Shown one piece after another: positions 8,178 through 16,661 of a stretch of 55,962 nt of DNA. The notes below the pieces were generated by a model, which worked only from the letters and a program-made list of their open reading frames with translations, was not told the DNA's origin and ran no database searches. This stretch comes from a virus: the IMG/VR virus record IMGVR_UViG_3300012850_000001; one strand, written 5' to 3'. Numbering within the stretch: the first letter of the stretch is position 1; every line of letters starts with the position of its first letter. The translations under genes and the position numbers were made by a program.

Positions 8178-8689
8178 CCGGGTTCACGAAGGCGGCCGTC
8201 GCGCAGATCGTGGCACGCGACAACGCCGCCTGCGCACGTTGCGGTCGCGGTATCGATCTCCACGCCCGCGGCGTGGCCTGGTCCATTCACCACCGCCGGC
8301 CCCGCGGGATGGGCGGCAGCAGGAACGCGGCCGTGAACGCCACCACCAACGGTGTCGTCCTTTGCGGGTCGGGGACGACCGGATGTCACGGCTGGGTCGA
8401 AGCACACCGGGACGAGGCCCGCTTCCACGGATGGCTGGTGCCCCAGTGGCGTGACCCCGCCGAGGTGCCGGTCCGTCACTACCGGGCCGGGTGGGCGTGG
8501 CTCACCACCGACGGGTGGGTCGCGCTCACCCAGGCCGAGCTGTGGTTGCAGGCCGGCAACTGGCTTGCCGATGAGCTGCAGTCCCGCGGCATCACCGATG
8601 ACGACACCGACGGTGTCACCCGACTGTCCACTGCCGCTGCTGACCTGTTCGGGGTCATGGCTGGCGACCTGAGAAGGGAAGCAGCGTGA
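8174..8689 (+). CDS. HNH endonuclease.
   Basis: CARCGR...SIHHRRPRGMGG...NGVVLCGSGTTGCHGWVE. Confidence 0.85.
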   Translation: MTGFTKAAVAQIVARDNAACARCGRGIDLHARGVAWSIHHRRPRGMGGSRNAAVNATTNGVVLCGSGTTGCHGWVEAHRDEARFHGWLVPQWRDPAEVPVRHYRAGWAWLTTDGWVALTQAELWLQAGNWLADELQSRGITDDDTDGVTRLSTAAADLFGVMAGDLRREAA

Positions 8690-8898
8690 ACCGACCGACC
8701 GACCCCCGCGCCGGCGTGCTGTGCACGTCGTGCAACCGGAAGCGACCCGAAGACCCGACTCACCGCAAGAAGTGGCGCCACTGCACGTCGCCCACGTGCA
8801 CGTGGTGGCGGTGCGACGGGTGCAAGGCCGACAACGACGAGTCGGGGGCGAACTCCCGCACGTACCGCGACGGCACGAGCAAGTCCCAGATCCGCTGA
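8686..8898 (+). CDS. Small Cys-rich, zinc-finger-like protein.
   Basis: CTSCN...CTSPTCTWWRCDGC. Confidence 0.6.
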   Translation: MNRPTDPRAGVLCTSCNRKRPEDPTHRKKWRHCTSPTCTWWRCDGCKADNDESGANSRTYRDGTSKSQIR

Positions 8899-8910
8899 CC
8901 CAAGTTCTAC

Positions 8911-8976
8911 GGCTGCCCCGCCACCTCAACCGCCAAGAAGAACTGGCGGGGCAGCCCCTCCCAACCGGAAGGAGGG
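8911..8976 (+). promoter_or_regulatory. Structured element copy 1. It has a 12-bp stem with a conserved 22-nt loop, followed by a hairpin that sequesters the SD.
   Basis: GGCTGCCCCGCC (8911-8922) pairs with GGCGGGGCAGCC (8945-8956). The loop is ACCTCAACCGCCAAGAAGAACT. CCCTCC (8956-8961) pairs with GGAGGG (8971-8976), which is the SD of ATG 8984. Confidence 0.6.
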
Positions 8977-8983
8977 CACCCGC

Positions 8984-9964
8984 ATGGGTGACCCACGCAA
9001 GACCCTAGCCACCCGACCACGGCACGCCCGAGACCACCGAATCGTCGAGGGGTACTCGACGGCCCGCATGGTCGGGTACTGCCTGTGGGCGGTCGTCATC
9101 GTGGCCGCGATCGTCGTCGGGACCGCGGTCGCAGCTCACGCCGCCGGGTCCGACTCCCCCACCCCGTACACCGTCGACCGCACCGGGATCGCCCTGCCTG
9201 CGGGGCGCACGTTCCAGGACAACGGGCACGTGAACATCCGCTGGACCACCGGGACCGGGGCCGTGCACTTCGAGGGCAAGTGCATCACCCGCACCGACGC
9301 GGAGTGCGCCGGCAAGCGGCACGACGACGCCCAGTACATCGGTGCCGCGTTCATCCCCTGGTCTGCGTTCGGTGACCCGGACTGCGTGACGTGGGTGCAG
9401 ATCAGCGACTTCAACGAGCACTACGGCGAGGGCGGCCAGCCCCCCGTCTGCCTGACCACCAAGGAGCCCACCCCGTGCGCCTCTTCCCCGACCGTGACCC
9501 CGTCGCCCAGCGTGACTCCGAGCGCGACTCCCACCTCGCAGCCGTCTTCAACGACGTCCCCGACGGCGGAACCGTCTACGACGCCCGAGGCAACGCCTAC
9601 ACCGTCACCAAGCGCCCCCTCCCCGAGTCCTTCGATGTCCTCGCCGCCCGCGTCACCCTCACCCTCCGTGACCAGCACGCCCCAGCCGACGCACACCCCG
9701 GCGGTGCCTGCGACGCCCTCGACCCCGAGTTCACCGGCCCCGAGTGCGACGTCGACGCCCTCGCACGAGCCCACGAGGACGCCTGCCGTGCTGGCGACCC
9801 AGCCGCCGTCCGCGACACCTACCGGGCCTGGCTCGCAGCGACCACCCGTCGCACCCGCCGTCTTGGCCGCAACCGGGACTGACACCACCGCGGCGCTGGC
9901 CGTTGGGATCGTCGTCGTGGTCGTCGGTTGCGTCCTCTACACGGCAGCACGGAGGAACCGATGA
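8984..9964 (+). CDS. Secreted, sortase-anchored (LAxTG) surface protein with a long Pro/Thr/Ser-rich linker.
   Basis: Signal-peptide-like LWAVVIVAAIVVGTAVAAHAAG, a Cys-containing globular part, a ~135-aa PTS-rich tract, then LAATG plus a hydrophobic helix and an RRNR tail. Confidence 0.75.
   Translation: MGDPRKTLATRPRHARDHRIVEGYSTARMVGYCLWAVVIVAAIVVGTAVAAHAAGSDSPTPYTVDRTGIALPAGRTFQDNGHVNIRWTTGTGAVHFEGKCITRTDAECAGKRHDDAQYIGAAFIPWSAFGDPDCVTWVQISDFNEHYGEGGQPPVCLTTKEPTPCASSPTVTPSPSVTPSATPTSQPSSTTSPTAEPSTTPEATPTPSPSAPSPSPSMSSPPASPSPSVTSTPQPTHTPAVPATPSTPSSPAPSATSTPSHEPTRTPAVLATQPPSATPTGPGSQRPPVAPAVLAATGTDTTAALAVGIVVVVVGCVLYTAARRNR
9470..9870 (+). repeat. Low-complexity Pro/Thr/Ser-coding tract inside the surface-protein gene (approximate bounds).
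   Basis: The translation is almost entirely P/T/S/A. Confidence 0.7.
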
Positions 9965-11529
9965 GCGCCAACCTCACGGTCACGGACTTCTTTTGCGGCG
10001 CCGGCGGCTCGTCGACCGGCATGACCGAGGTCCCCGGCCTCACGGTCGTCATGGCCGCGAACCACTGGGCCCTCGCGATCGAGACCCACAACCAGAACCA
10101 CCCCTACACCGACCACGCAGCCGCGGACCTCCACCTCGAGGAGCCGTCGTTCTTCAAGAAGACCGACATCCTGTGGGCGTCGCCCGAGTGCACGAAGTGG
10201 TCGCAGGCGAACGGGACCGCCCGGCCGGCGATCGAGGAGGGGTTGTTCGAGGACCCGCTGTCGTCGGACGCCGCGACCCGCTCGCGTCTCCTGATGTTCG
10301 ACGTCCTCAAGTTCGCCGAGTACCACCAGTACCGGGCGATGATCATCGAGAACGTCGTCGACATCGCGACCCAGGAGAAGTACCGGCTCGCGTGGCACGA
10401 GTGGCGCCGCCAGCTCCGTGCCCTCGGGTACCGGTTCCGGGTCGTCTCGCTGAACAGCATGCACGCCCAGATGCTCGGCGACCCCGCCCCACAGTCCCGC
10501 GACCGGATCTACATCGTGTGCTGGCGCGAGGGCGAGCGCGCCCCCGACGTCGAGCGCGCGATGCGGCCGAAGGCGTGGTGCCCGAAGTGCGACGCCATCA
10601 TCGAGGCGTCACAGTCGTGGAAGAACGGCCGCGTCGTCGGCAAGTACCGGTCCCAGTACCTCTACGTGCACGGCGCCTGCGGGGCAGTCGTCGAGCCGAC
10701 GTGGCTGCCGGCCGCCGCGGCGATCGACTGGTCGATCCCCGGTGAGCGGATCGGCGACCGGTCGAAGCCCCTCGCGGAGAAGACGCAGCTCCGGATCGCC
10801 GCCGGCATCGCCAGGTACTGGGGCCCGCTGCACATCGAGGAGTCCGGCAACCAGTACGACGCCGCGGACCCGAAGCACCCCCAGCACGGCGACCCGAACG
10901 CCTACTACCGGGCGTGGCCGACCAGCGAGTACATGCGGACCCTGACGACCCGCGAGACGCGCGGGTTCGTGCAGCCGCCGTTCGTCGCCGAGATGTACGG
11001 AACGAGCACCGCGCGCCCGGTCACCGAGCCGGCCGGGACGTTCACCGCAGGCGGCAACCACCACGCGCTCGTCATGACGAACCAGCGGCAGAACCGGGTC
11101 CGCACGACGAGCGAGCCCATGCCGACGAGCACCACCGCCACCGGCGGCGGGCAGGCACTCATCCACCGGATGAACAGCGGCGGCGCCGAGATGACGACAC
11201 CGATGTTCGAGGAGCTGCGGACCCTGACGACGAAGGGCCACCAGGCACTCGTGCAGTCCGGGCGCCCGAACGTGACCGTCGCCGACCTGCGGGCCGCGCG
11301 CGAGCTGATGCCGGACGTCCTGTTCCGGATGTTCCGCCCGCACGAGGTCGCCGCCGGCATGGCGTTCCCCAGCACGTACCGCTGGGACGCCATCGACCCG
11401 AAGACCGGGAAGCCCGCCACGAATGCCGACGTCACGAAGATGGCCGGCAACGCCGTCACCCCGCCGTGCTCCCGTGACCTCGCCGCCACCGTCTACGAGG
11501 CCCTCACCGGAGAGGCGGTTGCGGCATGA
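9961..11529 (+). CDS. DNA (cytosine-5) methyltransferase.
   Basis: DFFCGAGG (motif I), SPECTKWS (PC motif IV), IIENV (motif VI), GNAVTPP (motif X). ATGA overlap at the start. Confidence 0.9.
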   Translation: MSANLTVTDFFCGAGGSSTGMTEVPGLTVVMAANHWALAIETHNQNHPYTDHAAADLHLEEPSFFKKTDILWASPECTKWSQANGTARPAIEEGLFEDPLSSDAATRSRLLMFDVLKFAEYHQYRAMIIENVVDIATQEKYRLAWHEWRRQLRALGYRFRVVSLNSMHAQMLGDPAPQSRDRIYIVCWREGERAPDVERAMRPKAWCPKCDAIIEASQSWKNGRVVGKYRSQYLYVHGACGAVVEPTWLPAAAAIDWSIPGERIGDRSKPLAEKTQLRIAAGIARYWGPLHIEESGNQYDAADPKHPQHGDPNAYYRAWPTSEYMRTLTTRETRGFVQPPFVAEMYGTSTARPVTEPAGTFTAGGNHHALVMTNQRQNRVRTTSEPMPTSTTATGGGQALIHRMNSGGAEMTTPMFEELRTLTTKGHQALVQSGRPNVTVADLRAARELMPDVLFRMFRPHEVAAGMAFPSTYRWDAIDPKTGKPATNADVTKMAGNAVTPPCSRDLAATVYEALTGEAVAA

Positions 11530-12137
11530 GTCCCGACCTTCGGGCGCGGACGCTGACCCGCCCCCACACCCAGGACACGACGATCCCGGACGTCTGGCGT
11601 TCGGATGCGGCTTGCCTCGATGTGGACCCGGACCTGTTCTTCGAGCCGGCGGGCGGCGAGTCCGCGGCTGACAAGGAGGCCCGAGTCGACGAGGCGAAGG
11701 CGGCCTGCGCGGCCTGCCCAGTCCTCGACCAGTGCCTCGCTGACGCTGCCGGGGACCGCTACGCGATCCGTGGCGGCATGACACCGGACGAGCGGACGAT
11801 GCGACCCGCTGCCCGCAAGGTCCCGCCGTCGCGGCTGACGTCGACGCGTGACCGAGTGGTCGCGCAGGCAAAGCAGGGAGTGGCGCCCGCGCAAATCGCC
11901 CGAGTCCTCGGACTGAACGAGCGGTCCGTGTACCGGTACATCAAGCAAGCCCGCGACGCCGGCGACCTGCCCCGCCCCACCGAACGCACGCTCGACGCCC
12001 CGACGGCTGACCACAGGTGCGGCACCTACGCAGGCGCCCAGGCCCACACCCGACGCGGCGAGGAGCAGTGCGCCCCGTGCCACGACGCGGCAGCGACGTT
12101 CTACCGGAACCGCAAGTCCCAGGAGGTGGCGGCATGA
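11526..12137 (+). CDS. WhiB-like Fe-S transcription factor fused to a C-terminal HTH.
   Basis: AACLDVDPDLFF...CAACPVLDQC...GGMTPDER, followed by AQIARVLGLNERSVYRYIKQAR. Confidence 0.8.
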   Translation: MSPDLRARTLTRPHTQDTTIPDVWRSDAACLDVDPDLFFEPAGGESAADKEARVDEAKAACAACPVLDQCLADAAGDRYAIRGGMTPDERTMRPAARKVPPSRLTSTRDRVVAQAKQGVAPAQIARVLGLNERSVYRYIKQARDAGDLPRPTERTLDAPTADHRCGTYAGAQAHTRRGEEQCAPCHDAAATFYRNRKSQEVAA

Positions 12138-12610
12138 CCGCGTGTGCCCCGGAGGCCAACCCTCCGATCGACCTGACCGAGATCACCGAGCGCTCCTCCG
12201 AGCATGACGTGACGGTCGCCCGGAACCTGTGCATCACGTGCCCGGCCCTGGTGAAGTGCCGCCAGTACGTGCTGCGGACCACGGACGTCGCGGGCATGGC
12301 CGCCGGGATGACCGAACGGGAACGGGACGCGTGGCGGGACCGTCACGGCCTCGCCGTGAAGGTCGTCGACATCATCGACGCCACCCCCGCCCACCAGCTC
12401 ACCCCAGCGATCCTGTCCGGCCTTCCCCACCCGGACGGCACGTCGACCGAACTGCACCCGCGGGTGCGTGAGGTCGTCATTCGGATGACGAACGCCGGCC
12501 TGACCGCCGACGACATCGTGACCCGACTCGACCGTGACGACGTGACACACCGGACGGTCAACTACCTGCGCCGCACCTACATGAAGGGGTGGGCCCGTGT
12601 GGACGCCTGA
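12134..12610 (+). CDS. Second WhiB-like protein.
   Basis: Cys pattern C4...CITCPALVKC followed by AAGMTERER. Confidence 0.6.
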   Translation: MTACAPEANPPIDLTEITERSSEHDVTVARNLCITCPALVKCRQYVLRTTDVAGMAAGMTERERDAWRDRHGLAVKVVDIIDATPAHQLTPAILSGLPHPDGTSTELHPRVREVVIRMTNAGLTADDIVTRLDRDDVTHRTVNYLRRTYMKGWARVDA

Positions 12611-12764
12611 GCCCGGCCAAGACGTCGAGATCACCATCCGTGGGACGGTCCGCCGTCTCGCCGCGAACAACCTCGCTGCCCTGATCCGTCGCGAAGACGG
12701 CGTGGACCAGTGGGTGTCCCTTCCTGACCTGACTGGTGCCATCGAGTGGAGGCCTGCCGCGTGA
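12597..12764 (+). CDS. Hypothetical small protein (55 aa), below the track cutoff.
   Basis: GTG after AAGGGG. GC3-rich. GTGA-coupled to the next gene. Confidence 0.45.
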   Translation: MWTPEPGQDVEITIRGTVRRLAANNLAALIRREDGVDQWVSLPDLTGAIEWRPAA

Positions 12765-13792
12765 CTACCCGAATGATCTCCCTGCGGTCGATCCGACCAC
12801 ACCCGCACAACCCTCGCGAAGACCTGGGTGACCTGACGGACCTGACCGCGGACATCCGTGACAACGGCCTCATCGAACCCCTCGTCGTGGTGCCGGGGTC
12901 GTGGGGAAAGCAGCACGGCACGTGCGGCGACTGCGACGAGCAGGTCCCACGCACCCAGGCTGGGCTCCTGGCTGAGCACATCATCGACGGTCGACCATGC
13001 CCCGGCGGGTCTGACGTCGCCGCCGACGACTGGTTCGTGGTTGCCGGGCACCGGCGCCGTGCCGGGTCACTCGGGGCCGGTCTCGTCGAGGTCGAGTGCG
13101 TGACCCGGTTCGACCTTCGCACCCAGGCCGAGCAGATCGCGCTCATGCTCCGGGAGAACGAGCACCGCCGCGACCTGACTCCTCTCGAGGAGGCCCGCGG
13201 CTACCACCAGCTCACGTTGGAAGGCATGACCCCGACGCGGATCGCTCAGCAGGTGAAGCGGTCGAAGAAGACCATCGACCGTCGCCTCGCCCTGCTGTCT
13301 CTGTCGGACAAGGCGAAGAAGCGTCTGCGGTCCGGGGTGATGACCCTCGCGGACGCGGAGGCGATGCTGGACCTGACCCCGGAGAAGGCGGAGCGGGCGT
13401 TGCGGTCGGTCGGTACCAAGGAGTTCCGGCAGGACTTGGCCCGTGAGCGGACCGGGTCGGACGAGCGGGAGGTGATCGCCCACGAGCTGCGGGCGTCGTT
13501 CCTGACGCCGTTCCTGCGCGGATCCCAGCGACCACCCCGCGAGGCACTGCCGAAGGTCCGCAAGGAGGCCGTCACCACACTGGCGAACCGGCTTCCGAAG
13601 AGGGTCGTGAAGGGATGGCTCTCGGCGCTCGGCGTCGCCGACCCGATGGACGTGCACGGTGTCGACCCCGACCGGGCCCTCATCGCCCTGGCCGCGGTCA
13701 TCGAGACCGACCCGGCCGGCCAGTACGACCTCCTCGGCGTCCTCGGGTACGAGATGTCCCCTGTCGAGGTCGAGCTGTTGGAGGGCGCGTGA
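12761..13792 (+). CDS. ParB-like nuclease-domain protein.
   Basis: ISLRSIRPHPHNPREDLGDLTDLTADIRDNGLIEPLVV...VAGHRRRAG, and an HTH at TPTRIAQQVKRSKKTIDRRL. Confidence 0.75.
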   Translation: MTTRMISLRSIRPHPHNPREDLGDLTDLTADIRDNGLIEPLVVVPGSWGKQHGTCGDCDEQVPRTQAGLLAEHIIDGRPCPGGSDVAADDWFVVAGHRRRAGSLGAGLVEVECVTRFDLRTQAEQIALMLRENEHRRDLTPLEEARGYHQLTLEGMTPTRIAQQVKRSKKTIDRRLALLSLSDKAKKRLRSGVMTLADAEAMLDLTPEKAERALRSVGTKEFRQDLARERTGSDEREVIAHELRASFLTPFLRGSQRPPREALPKVRKEAVTTLANRLPKRVVKGWLSALGVADPMDVHGVDPDRALIALAAVIETDPAGQYDLLGVLGYEMSPVEVELLEGA

Positions 13793-16293
13793 GCACCTAC
13801 GAGGAGTTCCTCCACGGCAAGGTCAACTTCGACCACTCGCACGGGTTCGACGTGACCGACGAGCAGGTCCACCCGATCCTCCTGCCTCACCAGCGAGACA
13901 TCGTGAAGTGGGCTGTCAAGGGTGGCCGACGAGCGATCTTCGCTGCATTCGGGCTGGGCAAGTCGGTCATGCAGCTCGAGACGCTTCGGCTCATCGACGA
14001 GCACGAGGGCGGCCGCTCACTGATCGTGGCGCCGCTCGGCGTCCGGCAGGAGTTCATCCGAGACGCCCGAGAGCTGCTCGGATTCGACGTCAGGTTCGTA
14101 CGGTGGTCGGCCGAGGTCGACGGCCCGGGGATCTACATCACGAACTACGAGTCGGTCCGCGATGGCCGCTTGGACCCGTCGCTCTTCACGGCCGTGAGCC
14201 TGGACGAGGCGTCGGTGCTGCGGTCGTTCGGCTCGAAGACCTACCAGACGTTCCTGCGCCTGTTCGAGGACGTGCGCTACCGCTTCGTCGCCACCGCGAC
14301 CCCGTCCCCGAACCGGTACAAGGAACTGATCCACTACGCCGGCTACCTCGGCGTCATGGACACCGGGCAGTCCCTCACCCGGTTCTTCCAGCGCGACTCC
14401 ACGAGCGCGGGCAACCTCACCCTGTACCCGCACAAGGAGCGCGAGTTCTGGCTCTGGCTCAACACCTGGGCCGTGTTCCTGCAGCGACCGTCCGACCTGG
14501 GCTACTCCGACGACGGATATGACCTGCCAGAGCTGGACATCCGCTACCACGAGGTCGCCGTCGACCTGACCGAGGGAGTGACCGTCGAACGTGACGGTCA
14601 GGCGCGGCTGTTCAGGGATGCCTCGCTCGGAGTCGCTGACGCGTCCCGGGAGAAGCGGGACACTATCGATGCCCGTGTGGCAGCCGTGGCGGCGATCGTG
14701 GCGGAGGCACCCGCTGACCACTTCGTGTTGTGGCACGACCTCGAGGCGGAGCGGCACGCGATCAAGGGCGCGATCCCGGACGCCGTCGAGGTGTTCGGAT
14801 CCCAGGACCTCGACGAGCGCGAGCAGCGGATCATCGACTTCTCCGACGGCCAGCACCGGATCCTCGCGACGAAGCCGATCCTGTCCGGCTCCGGCTGCAA
14901 CTTCCAGCGCCACTGTCACCGCGCCGTGTACGTCGGCGTCGGGTTCAAGTTCAACGACTTCTTCCAGTCCATCCACCGCCTGCAGCGGTTCCAGCAGACC
15001 GAGCGCGTGCGCGTCGACATCGTCTACGCCGAGTCCGAGCGTGAGGTCGTCCGCACCCTGCAGGCCAAGTGGGCACAGCACAAGGAGCTGACCGCAACCA
15101 TGTCCGACGTCATCCGTGAGTTCGGTCTCAACCAGGACGCGATCAACGCAGCACTCGTCCGCTCGATGGGCGTCGACCGCTTCGAGGCTTCCGGCAGCGG
15201 GTGGACCGCGGTCAACAACGACACCGTCGACGAGACCGCCCGCATGGACGAGAGCAGCGTCGACCTGATCGTCACGTCGATCCCGTTCGCCAACCACTAC
15301 GAGTACACGCCGACCTACGAGGACTTCGGCCACACCGACGACAACGACCACTTCTGGGCACAGATGGACTACCTGACGCCGAGCCTGCTGCGGGTGCTCA
15401 AGCCCGGGCGCATCTATGCCTGCCACGTGAAGGACCGGATCAACTTCGGCAACGTGACCGGCGCCGGCATCCCGACCGTCTCGCCGTTCCACGCCGAGGC
15501 GATCGCGCACGGCATCAAGCACGGATTCGACTACATGGGGATGATCACGGTCGTCACCGACGTCGTGCGGGAGAACAACCAGACGTACCGCCTCGGCTGG
15601 TCGGAGATGGCCAAGGACGGCACGAAGATGGGCGTCGGGTCACCCGAGTACATCCTGCTGTTCCACAAGCCGCAGACGGACCGCACCCGCGGCTACGCCG
15701 ATGTGCCCGTCCGCAAGGACAAGGCCGACTACACGCGCGCCCGCTGGCAGGTCGACGCCCACGCGTTCTGGCGCTCGTCCGGCGACCGGCACCTGACCCC
15801 TGACGAGCTCGTCGGTCTGCCCGTCGAGCAGCGATCGCGGATGTTCACCGAGCAGACGCTCCGCGAGGTCTACGACTACGAGACCCACATCAAGGTCGGG
15901 GAGCACCTCGACGCCAGGGGCGCGCTGCCGGCGACGTTCATGTCCCTCGCGCCCGGGTCGTGGGCTCCGGACGTCTGGCACGACGTGAACCGGATGCTGA
16001 CGCTGAACGGGGCGCAGAAGCAGCGGAACCTGACGATGCACGTCTGCCCGTTGCAGTTCGACATCGTCGACCGGCTCATCAGTCGCTTCTCCAACGAGGG
16101 CGAGCTCGTCTACGACCCCTTCGGCGGGCTCTCAACGGTCGCCGTGCGGGCACTCAAGGCCGGCCGCTGCGGTCGCACGACCGAGTTGAGTCCGGGGTAC
16201 TGGCTCGACGGCGTGAAGTACCTGCAGGCGGAGGAGCGCGAGCGATCGTTGCCCACACTGTTCGACCTGCCGACGGCAGAGGAGGCGGCGTGA
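13789..16293 (+). CDS. SNF2/SF2 helicase fused to a beta-class N6-adenine/N4-cytosine DNA methyltransferase.
   Basis: Helicase motifs GLGKS, DEAS, TATPSPN and QSIHRLQRFQQ. Methyltransferase motif IV DLIVTSIPFA, then motif I VYDPFGGLST. GGAGGG lies before GTG 13789. Confidence 0.85.
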   Translation: MSTYEEFLHGKVNFDHSHGFDVTDEQVHPILLPHQRDIVKWAVKGGRRAIFAAFGLGKSVMQLETLRLIDEHEGGRSLIVAPLGVRQEFIRDARELLGFDVRFVRWSAEVDGPGIYITNYESVRDGRLDPSLFTAVSLDEASVLRSFGSKTYQTFLRLFEDVRYRFVATATPSPNRYKELIHYAGYLGVMDTGQSLTRFFQRDSTSAGNLTLYPHKEREFWLWLNTWAVFLQRPSDLGYSDDGYDLPELDIRYHEVAVDLTEGVTVERDGQARLFRDASLGVADASREKRDTIDARVAAVAAIVAEAPADHFVLWHDLEAERHAIKGAIPDAVEVFGSQDLDEREQRIIDFSDGQHRILATKPILSGSGCNFQRHCHRAVYVGVGFKFNDFFQSIHRLQRFQQTERVRVDIVYAESEREVVRTLQAKWAQHKELTATMSDVIREFGLNQDAINAALVRSMGVDRFEASGSGWTAVNNDTVDETARMDESSVDLIVTSIPFANHYEYTPTYEDFGHTDDNDHFWAQMDYLTPSLLRVLKPGRIYACHVKDRINFGNVTGAGIPTVSPFHAEAIAHGIKHGFDYMGMITVVTDVVRENNQTYRLGWSEMAKDGTKMGVGSPEYILLFHKPQTDRTRGYADVPVRKDKADYTRARWQVDAHAFWRSSGDRHLTPDELVGLPVEQRSRMFTEQTLREVYDYETHIKVGEHLDARGALPATFMSLAPGSWAPDVWHDVNRMLTLNGAQKQRNLTMHVCPLQFDIVDRLISRFSNEGELVYDPFGGLSTVAVRALKAGRCGRTTELSPGYWLDGVKYLQAEERERSLPTLFDLPTAEEAA

Positions 16294-16661
16294 TGCCGAA
16301 GCGCATCCAGATGACCCGTCAGCACCCGTGGCGGGTCGACAGCCCGGACGCGGTGATCGTGAGCAGACCGGGTCCGCTTGGCAACCCGTTCCGCATCGGC
16401 GAGTGGTACACGCCTGGCGCGACCGGGCCCGACCCGCACATCTACCTGTGGGGCGTGTCCGAGCGGGTTCGCGACCGAGCGCACGCTGTCGATCTGTTCC
16501 GTGAGTGGCAGCACCACCGACGGAACTACCGCTACAACCCGTTCTCCGATGCCGCACTCGGAGCCCTCGCTGGCCGCGACCTGGCCTGCTGGTGCCCGCT
16601 CGACCAGCCGTGCCACGCGGACGTGCTGCTCAACCTCGCGAACCGACCAGAGGCGGCCTGA
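16293..16661 (+). CDS. Small conserved phage protein, DUF4326-like.
   Basis: GPLGNPF...DLACWCPLDQPCHADVL signature, recalled from the DUF4326 family. No search was run. Confidence 0.45.
   Translation: MPKRIQMTRQHPWRVDSPDAVIVSRPGPLGNPFRIGEWYTPGATGPDPHIYLWGVSERVRDRAHAVDLFREWQHHRRNYRYNPFSDAALGALAGRDLACWCPLDQPCHADVLLNLANRPEAA

Noticed and set aside
10609-11871. Long antisense ORFs of several hundred codons. Examples are 10609-11871, 14017-15522, 30928-32169, 34558-35994, 37326-38810 and 38966-40858 on the minus strand, plus many overlapping + strand frames.
   Set aside because: They lie opposite to or overlapping genes with clear motifs. They are Arg/Pro/Gly-rich, as expected for out-of-frame translation of high-GC DNA, and lack SDs or coupling. 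They are treated as artefacts of stop-codon scarcity.
9961-16293. C5 methyltransferase plus SNF2 helicase plus N6 methyltransferase as a DISARM- or BREX-like defence system.
   Set aside because: The hallmark partners are absent (DUF1998/DrmB and PLD nuclease for DISARM; PglZ, BrxC and BrxL for BREX). The context is a phage early operon, so phage self-protective methylation is the simpler reading.
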